Origin: an uncultured candidate division Zixibacteria bacterium
Lineage (GTDB): Bacteria > Zixibacteria > MSB-5A5 > UBA10806
Length of the DNA: 64,000 nucleotides
Reading direction: 5' to 3'
Assembly: GCA_963801605.1 (NCBI GenBank)
Contig: CAWDFP010000007.1
Span: 32,001-96,000 of the forward strand
Below are positions 51,404 through 61,512 of this stretch, one piece after another (positions within the stretch are counted from its first letter, which is position 1; the number at the start of each line of letters is the position of its first letter). Position numbers and translations under genes: made by a program. Below the pieces are notes generated by a model. It was not told where the DNA came from, did not search any database, and worked only from the letters and a program-made list of their open reading frames with translations.

Positions 51404-52252
51404 TTAGTTTTTGAAGAAATGTTTGGCGATAAAGAATACATTTTCTTTCCGCTCTCTCAATCGTCGGTAATAATAGGGGAACCAGTGATCGCCGTAAGGA
51501 ACGTAAATCAGCATGCCATATCCTTCTTTTACCAATTGAATCTGGCCGCTTCTGTTGATTCCATACAGCATCTGGAATTCGAATTTATCCTTATCGATTC
51601 CCTTTTGTTTGGCATATTCTTTGGTTGCGGAAACCATAGCGCCATCATGAGTCGCTATGGAATGGAAAATGCCGCTGTCGAGCAAAATCTTCATTAGTTT
51701 GATGTAGTTGGAATTGACATCATCCTTTTTCTGAAAAGCAAATGAGGCCGGCTCTTTGTAAGCGCCTTTGCACAGTCTTACCTTAATTCCCCGCCTGTTG
51801 AGTTCCTTGATATCAGCCTCCGAACGATACAAGCTGGCCTGAATTACCGTGCCGACATTGTCATACTTTTCGGCCCAGCGATAAACCAGCTGCAAAGTAC
51901 GTTCGGTGTACTTGGTACCCTCCATATCGATCCGAACAAAGCTGTTATGCGACTTGGCAGCCTCTATAATCCGGCTGACATTATCGTAACAGAACTGATC
52001 GGAAACATCAAGACCCATCTGCGTAAGTTTCACGGAAACATTGGCCGTGACTTTTTCTTTATCTATGGAATGGACTAACTCGATATAAAGATCAGCAAGC
52101 TTGGTAGCCATTTCGGAAGATGTAACATTTTCACCAAGGATATCCATGGTGGTTCTCATTCCCATTTTATTGAGCCTGCGAACCGCCTCGAAAGCATCCT
52201 CTTTGGTTTCACCAGCGATAAATCGCTTTGCTAAGAATGTAAATAAACCCAC
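51404..52252 (-). CDS. Monofunctional proline dehydrogenase
   Basis: RFIAGE, SVKLTQMG, VRIDME, RLCKGAY, IATHD, FQMLYG, RRLRER; AGGAG-GTG start at 52252. Confidence 0.93.
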   Translation of the reverse strand: MGLFTFLAKRFIAGETKEDAFEAVRRLNKMGMRTTMDILGENVTSSEMATKLADLYIELVHSIDKEKVTANVSVKLTQMGLDVSDQFCYDNVSRIIEAAKSHNSFVRIDMEGTKYTERTLQLVYRWAEKYDNVGTVIQASLYRSEADIKELNRRGIKVRLCKGAYKEPASFAFQKKDDVNSNYIKLMKILLDSGIFHSIATHDGAMVSATKEYAKQKGIDKDKFEFQMLYGINRSGQIQLVKEGYGMLIYVPYGDHWFPYYYRRLRERKENVFFIAKHFFKN

Positions 52253-52353
52253 ACCACACTCCTTTCGAGCGGGGAATCTAACACTAATAGTCTTAGACAG
52301 CAAGTGAAATATTTAACGATCATTGGGAGAAAAAAATGTTCTTTAATGGAGGT

Positions 52354-53529
52354 CTATTCGATCTTTTTCTTTTTGCTTTTTTCGATATCGATCATTTCCA
52401 GTCCGGAGGCATATGGACTGGTAACAGGTTCGATGATCGACATGAGTTTGGCGGTTGTCTCTCGGATTTTAATGGCGGAGCGTTCGATGGTTTCAAGTTT
52501 GGTTACAATATCGGCAGGCAATTTATCGCGTGACATAAGCATCAACTGGGTGTTGCCCAGTATAGCCGTCAGAGGATTGTTGATCTCATGATTGATTGTA
52601 ACAGTTGTTTCAGTGATGGCGGCCGCCCGTTCCGATTTTACCAATTTCTGGAAATCGGCTTTAAGCTTTTCGAACGATTTAATTAAATAGGCGGTGTCGT
52701 TCTTAGCCTTTAGATCAATCAGTTCCTTTATTCGGCCCGCAATCTTAGTATTAACATGCTTGCGATCTTCAAAGCCCAATGCCAGATAATATCCGGCCAG
52801 AGTAGAAACCCAAACTCCGGCTGCAACTTCCATATCGGCCCAGAGATACTTGAGAGTGTTTTCGCCTATTACTTCGCCGTCATTAATAACAGCCACCTGA
52901 TCCTGCGGCAGCCTCTCGATCTCCCGAACTATTGTCTTATTTCGATGAATATATAGCGACATCCAGGCATCACCGCCAGTAGCGGAGCCGATCGTTAAAC
53001 ATCGAATACCGTCAGCTTTCAGAGCCAAAAGCAACTGACGACCTAAAATCTCCATCACAACCGAGCCGACGGGGGCAAGCAGAGTATGCATTCGGACTCC
53101 AAGTTGCGACGAACACAGCCAGAGCGCTTCCGAAAGGGCCAGTGGATTTTCGTCATTATCCTCCGCAATAGCGGCAATTTGGCCAACGGGGCTGCCAAGA
53201 TGCTTTATGATGCTAATGCAGATTATTTTTCCATCATCGGTTGTAACGGATAAATTATTGGGAAGAGGAGTCTTGCCCTGATCCGAAGGTTCAAGTCCAT
53301 AATCCTTGATAACTTTATACAGGGCATTTTGATACCTTTCCGGCCCATGAATGAAATTTTCCTCCTCAAGGCCGGGTATTCTAACTGTTATTATCGTAGC
53401 GAGGGGATGAGAGATATTGGCGAGAGCGGTTCCGCAAGTTGATGCAAGTTCACCAAGACGGCTTTTACCGATCGATTTTAGATATGTAATCACTAAATTT
53501 AGCCGCGAATCAGGAACTTTCATCACCAT
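52354..53529 (-). CDS. Protein with C-terminal HisKA (DHp) domain and no HATPase domain
   Basis: TINHEINNPLTAILGN, then only a short tail (YASGLEMIDIEKS) and a stop. Confidence 0.8.
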   Translation of the reverse strand: MVMKVPDSRLNLVITYLKSIGKSRLGELASTCGTALANISHPLATIITVRIPGLEEENFIHGPERYQNALYKVIKDYGLEPSDQGKTPLPNNLSVTTDDGKIICISIIKHLGSPVGQIAAIAEDNDENPLALSEALWLCSSQLGVRMHTLLAPVGSVVMEILGRQLLLALKADGIRCLTIGSATGGDAWMSLYIHRNKTIVREIERLPQDQVAVINDGEVIGENTLKYLWADMEVAAGVWVSTLAGYYLALGFEDRKHVNTKIAGRIKELIDLKAKNDTAYLIKSFEKLKADFQKLVKSERAAAITETTVTINHEINNPLTAILGNTQLMLMSRDKLPADIVTKLETIERSAIKIRETTAKLMSIIEPVTSPYASGLEMIDIEKSKKKKIE

Positions 53530-53558
53530 TTTACCCTTATAACTTTTAGGTAATATAC

Positions 53559-53587
53559 TTGACAACGCCGGAATTGGTCAATATGAT
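53559..53587 (+). promoter_or_regulatory. sigma70 promoter for purF, overlapping a divergent promoter
   Basis: Plus: TTGACA-17-TATGAT. Minus: TTGACC-18-TATATT over the same segment. Confidence 0.65.
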
Positions 53588-53684
53588 TTGGCCTTCAATT
53601 CCGGCGGCGTTGTCCGCAGAATCATTCTGTTTTGAAAACAGGTGATCCTAATGAGAATATCGGCGGATTAAGGGGAGTTATTAA

Positions 53685-55064
53685 TTGGATACTTTAAGAG
53701 ATAAATGTGGTGTTTTCGGTATTTACGGGGTGCGAAACGCAGGCGCTTTGACATATCTCGGTCTTTATGCGCTGCAGCATCGCGGCCAGGAATCCTGCGG
53801 CATTATAACTGCCAATAACGGCGGTTTTCATTCCAGGCTGGGCATGGGACTGGTGAACGAGGTTTTTGCATCACCGGAGGATATAGAATCACTCAAAGGC
53901 CGCTCTGCGATCGGCCATAACAGGTATTCGACCACAGGCTCATCATCGCCGGAGAATATCCAGCCTCTGGTCATGAATTACAGCCGCGGATACCTGGCAA
54001 TCGGGCATAACGGCAATCTGACAAATTACCCGCGGGTCAAGCGCGAGCTTGAAAAAGCCGGTTCCATTTTGAGAACATCATCGGATACCGAAGTCATTTT
54101 GCATCTTTTGGCACGTTCCAAAAAGCAAAGGATCGAGCAGGCGCTGGCCGAATCGCTACAAAAGGTGGTTGGCGCCTACAGTTTAGTGCTTCTAACGCCC
54201 AGGCAGCTTGTGGCCGCCCGCGACCCTGCGGGGGTCCGTCCGCTGGCGTTAGGGCGGCGCCGTTCGAACTGGGTGGTGGCATCGGAAACATGCGCCTTCG
54301 ATATCATCGGAGCCAAATATGTCCGGGACGTTGAACCGGGCGAGATTATTGTAATCGATCAGGATGGCCTTCACAGTTACACCAATCTTCTGAAAAAAAG
54401 CCCGCATGCATTTTGTATATTCGAGTTGATATATTTTTCAAGGCCCGATTCAAAAATTTATGGCACCAATGTCGATAAGGTTCGTCGCCGGTTAGGACGG
54501 GCGTTAGCCAAAGAGCATCCGGTTGAGGCGGATATCGTCATCTCCGTGCCCGATAGTTCGAATACGGCGGCATTGGGATATTCGGAGGAATCCGGGATAC
54601 CATACGATATCGGATTAATCAGAAATCATTACGTGGGGCGAACCTTTATCCAGCCAGAGCAAAAAATCCGCGATCTCGATGTTAAGATTAAGTTTAATGT
54701 TGTCAAAGGTGTGATTAATAACAAACGGGTGGTAGTTGTAGATGATTCTCTGGTGCGAGGCACAACATCGAGGAAATTAGTTCAAATGCTTCGGGAAGCG
54801 GGCGCCAGGGAAGTTCATCTGAGGTTATCATCGCCACCGATAACAAATCCGTGCTTTTATGGAATCGATATGCCGACAAAAAGGGAGTTGATCGCATCCC
54901 GCAAATCTATAGAGGCTATCAGGCGTTATTTGGAGGCCGACTCTATAGGCTATTTGTCGCTCGATAGAATGCTCGATATGCCGTCTCTTCCCAAAGAAAG
55001 CTTTTGCCATGCCTGTTTCTCGGGAAAGTACCCTATCGATATTTATAATAGAGGGAAGAAGTAA
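53685..55064 (+). CDS. purF: Amidophosphoribosyltransferase
   Basis: Propeptide then CGVFG, LQHRGQE, GHNRYST, VVVDDSLVRG, C-terminal FCHACF. Confidence 0.97.
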   Translation: MDTLRDKCGVFGIYGVRNAGALTYLGLYALQHRGQESCGIITANNGGFHSRLGMGLVNEVFASPEDIESLKGRSAIGHNRYSTTGSSSPENIQPLVMNYSRGYLAIGHNGNLTNYPRVKRELEKAGSILRTSSDTEVILHLLARSKKQRIEQALAESLQKVVGAYSLVLLTPRQLVAARDPAGVRPLALGRRRSNWVVASETCAFDIIGAKYVRDVEPGEIIVIDQDGLHSYTNLLKKSPHAFCIFELIYFSRPDSKIYGTNVDKVRRRLGRALAKEHPVEADIVISVPDSSNTAALGYSEESGIPYDIGLIRNHYVGRTFIQPEQKIRDLDVKIKFNVVKGVINNKRVVVVDDSLVRGTTSRKLVQMLREAGAREVHLRLSSPPITNPCFYGIDMPTKRELIASRKSIEAIRRYLEADSIGYLSLDRMLDMPSLPKESFCHACFSGKYPIDIYNRGKK

Positions 55065-55154
55065 TCGCATAAATCAATTCTTTGGCGAGATTTGATTTCG
55101 GTTATTTCATTTTGTCGTTCTCCTTTTAAGGTTTTAAGGTTTACAGACGGACTT

Positions 55155-55182
55155 GTCAAATCTCCGAGGAGATTTGACCTAC
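55155..55182 (-). repeat. GTAG-type REP-like palindrome
   Basis: Minus strand reads GTAG-GTCAAATCTCC-TC-GGAGATTTGAC. Confidence 0.65.
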
Positions 55183-55211
55183 TATTTTTAGTTTCAAGTC
55201 CCCTTGCAGTA

Positions 55212-55430
55212 TTGTAAGGGGGAGGTCCCGGGACCGATAATCCCGCCGGAAAATGGCGGGCAAACCCTTTACAAGATGGGACCTGTCCTGACCTGCCTCC
55301 AGTTTCTCCTCTCTTTGGAGAGTCAAACTGACCTCCTTTGGGAGAAGCGATCCTGGCTGCCGGTTGAATCGACGACGATTCCGGGGGACCCCTGTGGGTC
55401 CCGAGAGGACAGCCACCTGTAGGGAAGGTC
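55212..55430 (+). ncRNA. Candidate multi-stem structured RNA of unknown family
   Basis: Three-way junction at 55212-55274 and a six-helix domain at 55280-55430 (see findings); strand is tentative. Confidence 0.4.
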
Positions 55431-55602
55431 TTGTGGCCACAATTGTCCTTCCACTTATAAGCCTCTATAAATCAAAATGCACTTTGAACGCGTTTTGGAG
55501 GATTCTAAGAGCGTGGAGGAAAATAGAGAAATCGGCGTTCACGGAGAGAAAGGGATTCTGCGGGAATGCAAATAAAGTAAATTGGTGCGCATAGCGTACG
55601 CC

Positions 55603-55751
55603 AGACTGTTGACAATTAGTCATTTCGAGAATTGTTGCTTATAAGAGCATATTTCTTTTTTGCTTAAGGTGTAAGGGCGTATTGCAATACGCCCCTACAA
55701 CAAAATGATTAAATTTCGAATGCGATAAATCAATGACTTTGTAAACAATCT
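55603..55751. mobile_element. MITE-like element with imperfect terminal inverted repeats and an internal REP
   Basis: Left end AGACTGTTGACAATTAGTCATT vs right-end reverse complement AGATTGTTTACAAAGTCATT; flanked by two copies of TGGTGCGCATAGCG. Confidence 0.5.
55671..55698. repeat. GTAG-type REP-like palindrome
   Basis: GTAAGGGCGTATTGCAATACGCCCCTAC; perfect 20-bp palindrome core, ends in CTAC. Confidence 0.75.
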
Positions 55752-55753
55752 CT

Positions 55754-55774
55754 GGTGCGCATAGCGCACCCTAC
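55754..55774 (-). repeat. GTAG-type REP-like palindrome (degenerate copy at 55584-55602)
   Basis: GGTGCGC-ATA-GCGCACC-CTAC. Confidence 0.65.
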
Positions 55775-56066
55775 ACGGGTTTGTCGAAACCTATCATTCG
55801 ATTTTTCAGTTGACCGCAAGCTTTGGATTTGCAGATTAAGGCAGGGCATATAGAGATATCCCCCTGCGAAATCCATATTAAGAATAATTTGGAATATTGC
55901 GGGGATTATCGCCCAATTAAAGTCGACAAGAACGCGGTTTACCGAGCTTGATTCGGCAGATTATTACAGCATTCATTATTCATCATATTTAAAAATAATT
56001 ACAATGCGTATAAATCCTAATGTCTTGAAGGATTTTACGGTTTTGCGGGCTAATATTTGAAAAGAC

Positions 56067-56095
56067 TTGACATAGATGGACTGAGTCAATATTAT
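56067..56095 (+). promoter_or_regulatory. sigma70 promoter of the tRNA pair
   Basis: TTGACA-17 nt-TATTAT. Confidence 0.75.
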
Positions 56096-56112
56096 TTGAG
56101 ACTGAAACAAGT

Positions 56113-56186
56113 GGGCCCATAGCTCAGTTGGTTAGAGCAGCAGACTCATAATCTGCGGGTCCCAGGTTCGAGCCCTGGTGGGCCCA
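56113..56186 (+). tRNA. tRNA with CAT anticodon, most likely tRNA-Ile2 (lysidine)
   Basis: Acceptor GGGCCCA/TGGGCCC, anticodon arm GCAGA-CT-CAT-AA-TCTGC; lacks initiator features (C1 mismatch, three G-C pairs). Confidence 0.92.
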
Positions 56187-56206
56187 TGTTGAGCGAAAGT
56201 TAGCGT

Positions 56207-56283
56207 GGGCGATTAGCTCAGCTGGTTAGAGCGTTCGGTTCACATCCGAAAGGTCACTGGTTCAAGTCCAGTATTGCCCACCA
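56207..56283 (+). tRNA. tRNA-Val(CAC), CCA encoded
   Basis: Acceptor GGGCGAT/ATTGCCC, anticodon arm TTCGG-TT-CAC-AT-CCGAA, ends ACCA. Confidence 0.96.
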
Positions 56284-56414
56284 TTTGATAATATTATTAC
56301 AGGCAGGTGTGCGATTCCTGACATTAATCCATTTTCGGCTACGGTCGCAGGCAGTCCGGCGAATCTCGGACTGGAAACAGACTGATCGTGAATATAGAGT
56401 GGGATATAATGACT

Positions 56415-56445
56415 ATGCGCCGTATTTGCGGCGCATTTTTTATTT
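56415..56445 (+). terminator. Intrinsic terminator after the tRNA pair
   Basis: ATGCGCCGT...GCGGCGCAT followed by TTTTTATTT. Confidence 0.75.
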
Positions 56446-56458
56446 ATAAAGGCGGAGG

Positions 56459-57183
56459 TTGAAATTGCAGAAAGATCTAACAATGCTTTTGGATTTACAG
56501 GAAATCGATGATCAGCTTGGCGAATTGGAGCGCTCCAAGATATATCTTCCGGAGATGATTCATAATCTCGAAAAGGAAATCGAGGAGCTAGCCCAGGCGA
56601 TTGCCACCAACGATAAAATTCTGGAAGAAAGCCAGAGGGAACAGCGCCTCATCGAGCTCGAAATCGAAACCGATAAAGTCGATCTCGATAAATTCCAAAA
56701 GCAGATGCGGGTTATCAAAACAAACAAGGAATATGACGCTTTAACCGCCGAAATCGACACTAAAAAGCAGGGCATAGCCGACAAGGAGGAGAAGATCCTG
56801 ACGCTTATGTCGGCGGCCGATGAGGCCCGCGAGAAAGCGGCGGAGATGAAATCGATGTTGGCTGAGGTTCGGACCAGAAACAATGAGCAGTTCGAAACAT
56901 TGCGCAATCAGGAATCGACTCTTCAGGCCAAGATCGAGGATAAGACTGGCTGAAAGAACGAATCTGGTTAAAGGATATTAATCGGCAGATCGTGGGAGTT
57001 TACGAGCGAATTCGCAAGGGCAAAGGCGGTATGGCTGTAGTGCCGATCCGCAAAAGAGCCTGCAGCGGTTGTTTCAAGCAGATACCGCCGCAGCGAATTC
57101 AGGAGATCCGTCGCGGCGACCGCATCTTTGCCTGCGATAGTTGCGGTCGGATACTAACCTGGACCGACGAAGAAAACGCCTGA
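56459..57183 (+). CDS. Coiled-coil C4-type zinc-ribbon protein (DUF164-like); two apparent +1 frameshifts near 56945-56972
   Basis: LLDLQEID, KTNKEYDAL..EI coiled coil; C-terminal YERIRK, ACSGC, FACDSCGRIL; removing two A gives EDKLAERTNLVKDINRQIVGVYE. Confidence 0.88.
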
Positions 57184-57268
57184 TAAAATTTTAAGCGATC
57201 TTGCTTACTAAATCAGATAATTAACGATTGGGTAAGGATGATCGCTTTTTTATCTAGAAGGAATAATT

Positions 57269-58729
<1,461 letters not shown>

Positions 58730-58777
58730 ATAATATTATTGGTAAACGCCTTGACTTATGGTGAATTAGGTATTATC

Positions 58778-58796
58778 ATTGAATATGAATGTCAAT
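58778..58796. promoter_or_regulatory. Fur-box-like palindrome overlapping the fur transcription start
   Basis: ATTGAATATGAATGTCAAT (7-1-7 type) directly after TTGACT-17-TATCAT. Confidence 0.5.
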
Positions 58797-58847
58797 GTCA
58801 GTAAATGAGATGAGAAAACGGCAGTTGTTGATAAAGAAAGGGATGAT

Positions 58848-59273
58848 ATGAAACGCGAACAGGAAATATTGGCTGGTTTTCTCAAACAGAAAGGCCTGAA
58901 ACAGACCGGGCAACGCGAGAAGATACTCGATATATTTCTTTCGAATATGAAGCATGTATCGGCTGATGAACTGCACGCGATCATAAGAAAGAGCGATCCC
59001 AGGATAGGATTTTCAACAGTATATCGAACGCTCAGGCTTCTCACCGAATGCGGGTTGGCCAGAGAGGTTAATTTCGGTGACGGCCGGGCGCGTTTTGAAA
59101 GAGCATTCGATAAGGGCCAGCATGGACATCTCATTTGCACTAACTGCGGCAAGACCGAGGAGTTTGCAATCGGTACCATTGAAAAATCGTTAAAGCAGAT
59201 TTCGGCAAATGCAGGTTTTAAGGTGCACGGGCACAGGCTGGAGGTTTACGGGTTGTGTAAACGCTGCCAGTAG
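58848..59273 (+). CDS. fur: Fur family transcriptional regulator
   Basis: T.QR..IL..F, HVSA, STVYRTL, HGHLICTNCG, VYGLCKRC. Confidence 0.93.
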   Translation: MKREQEILAGFLKQKGLKQTGQREKILDIFLSNMKHVSADELHAIIRKSDPRIGFSTVYRTLRLLTECGLAREVNFGDGRARFERAFDKGQHGHLICTNCGKTEEFAIGTIEKSLKQISANAGFKVHGHRLEVYGLCKRCQ

Positions 59274-59302
59274 GGCAGTTTATTTTTTTGCCTAGATTAT
59301 TA

Positions 59303-59321
59303 ATTGATAATTATTCTAAAT
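59303..59321. promoter_or_regulatory. Fur box upstream of feoB
   Basis: TGATAAT-T-ATTCTAA vs consensus TGATAAT-N-ATTATCA. Confidence 0.65.
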
Positions 59322-59357
59322 AGACAATAATCAAATTAGTTTTCCGGCCCGAGTGTT

Positions 59358-61324
59358 ATGAAAGAGCAACAAGAGATAAAGACACTCGCCTTATCGCCGG
59401 TTATTCTGGTTGGCAATCCGAACGTAGGTAAATCGGCATTGTTTGGAGCTCTCTCGGGTAAATATGTCGAGGTTTCAAACTATCCGGGCACGACGGTTGA
59501 TTTTTCAGCAGGCTGGATTAAAGCCGATGGCCAGAGGCGCGAGATATTCGATTCACCGGGGGCCGATACCTTATCGCCGGTCTCCGAAGACGAAATCGTG
59601 ACCCGCGATCTGATCCTGGATTATCCTGATTCGCCAATAATTTATGTAATCGATGCCAAGAATATTATTCGCGGTTTGGTACTGCTTTCGCAGTTAGCCG
59701 AGTATAGGCGCAAGGTCATAGTGGCGCTCAATATGATGGATGAATCGGCGGCGGCCGGGACGGTTATCGATACCGCGGCTCTTTCAAGGGTATTAGGAGT
59801 CCCGGTTATTCCCACAGTGGCGGTTCAGAGATCGGGAATCGAGGAGCTTAAGAAAGCCATAGCATCGGCGGCTGTTCCCAATTTAGTATTCGATTTTGGA
59901 AAGATGATTGAAGATGGTATCACCCGCATTGCCGGAATACTGGGAAAAAAATCGAATAATTACCCGCGGGCTTTCGCTTAGTTATTTGAGCGGCGAAAAC
60001 GGGTTTTCGGATGAAATTAAAAAATATATATCGTCGGATAAGTTAGGGAATATTTCCGAAATCAAATCCCGACTTCAAAGCTCGCATGTAGAACCGTTGG
60101 GATTTATAATCGCGAAAACCAGAAACGTCGAAGCCCAAAGATTCCTGACGCCTTTTATTAAGCACAAAGAATCGGGTTCCGGGCGGTTTATGCGATCGAT
60201 GGGAAGATATTCGCATCATCCGTTATGGGGCATACCGTCTCTTTTGTTGATACTTGTGGGACTGTACTATTTTGTCGGGGTCTTTGGCGCTCAAACTTTG
60301 GTCGGATTATTCGAAAAGAAGTTGTTTGGCGGCTTCATCAATCCCTTTTTTATCAAGTTATTTTCATATTTACCCTGGGCTTTTCTGCGGGATTTATTTA
60401 TCGGTCAATACGGAATTATCACGATGGCGTTGACCTATGCCTTGGCGCTCATATTTCCAATCGTGACGACTTTTTTCCTGGCTTTCGGAATTCTAGAGGA
60501 TTCCGGATATCTGCCTCGTCTGGCGTTCATGGTGGATCGCATATTCAAGAAGATCGGCCTTAACGGCCGGGCCGTGCTGCCTATGATTCTGGGTCTGGGA
60601 TGCGATACCATGGCGGTTCTGACCACCCGGATACTATCGACAAAAAAAGAAAAACTGATGGTTACATTTCTTCTGGCGCTGGCGGTACCCTGTTCGGCAC
60701 AACTGGGCGTCACGCTTGGTATCCTGGGAGCAATATCGCCGCTGGCTATAGCAATCTGGCTGGGAGTGATTCTGGCGGTTATGTTTTTAGTCGGATATTT
60801 ATCATCAAAAGTAATTCCAGGGCGGTCATCCGATTTTATTCTGGAGATCCCGCCGCTTCGCCTGCCGCGATTACAAAATGTGATTGTTAAGACTCTAATG
60901 CGTCTGGAATGGTATCTTGAAAGAGGCGGTCCCGCTGTTTGTTCTGGGGACGTTGATCCTTTTTATACTCGATAAGCTCCATTTTCTAAAATTAGTGCAG
61001 GAGGCGTTTAGTCCAATAGTGGTTACCGTACTTGGTCTTCCCGCGAAAGCATCCGAGTCATTTATAATGGGCTTTTTGCGGCGCGATTACGGGGCAGCCG
61101 GTTTTAAGGGATTATTCGATCAGGGGCTGCTCGATCCGGTGGGGGCGATTGTGGCCATGACCACGATCACATTGTTTGTCCCCTGTATCGCCAATTTCTT
61201 CGTGATCGTAAAGGAGCGGGGCGTTAAAACGGCTATCGGCATGGTTTTGTTTATTATTCCTTTCGCAATAGCTGTGGGAGGAGCCTTGAATCTCATTTTG
61301 AGAGGATTTGGGCTATGGCAGTAA
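59358..61324 (+). CDS. feoB: Ferrous iron transporter FeoB; apparent +1 frameshifts near 59948 and 60915
   Basis: GNPNVGKS, NYPGTT, DSPG, NMMD (GTPase); LEDSGYLPR, GLGC, VPCSAQ, FILEIPP, FVPCIA. Confidence 0.95.
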
Positions 61325-61512
61325 AATGTCCATTATGCGGATATCGGTTTAATTCGGAAGATGCTAAAAGCCATTGCGCCAGTTGCCCGATAAATTCGGG
61401 ATGCGGCAAAATATGCTGTCCCAACTGCCAATATTCCTGGGTGGAATCATCAACCTGGGTGAGCGGCTTGATAGCATTTGCAAAAAAGGGGTTGAGACAT
61501 GGAAGATCATAG
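61315..61512 (+). CDS. Small Cys-rich protein in the feo operon
   Basis: CPLCG...CASCP...GC...CCPNC (8 Cys); overlaps both neighbours. Confidence 0.78.
   Translation: MAVKCPLCGYRFNSEDAKSHCASCPINSGCGKICCPNCQYSWVESSTWVSGLIAFAKKGLRHGRS

Noticed and set aside
55258..55300. Resemblance to a c-di-GMP-I riboswitch (GGGCAAACC...GGGAC)
   Set aside because: Lacks the GNRA tetraloop stem and the following GCAAAG; the bases are better explained by neighbouring stems.
55156..55594. Short ORFs (72-94 aa) in the purF-tRNA gap
   Set aside because: No SD or recognisable motifs; they run through palindromic repeats.
55584..55611. GGTGCGCATA, like the XerC arm of E. coli dif (also at 55754)
   Set aside because: No TTATGTTAAAT-like XerD arm at 6-bp spacing; it is part of a REP-like palindrome.
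58785..58847. ATG...TGA in frame with fur, suggesting selenocysteine or read-through extension
   Set aside because: No SECIS-like hairpin after the TGA; Fur is complete from 58848; the stretch overlaps the operator; in-frame by chance.
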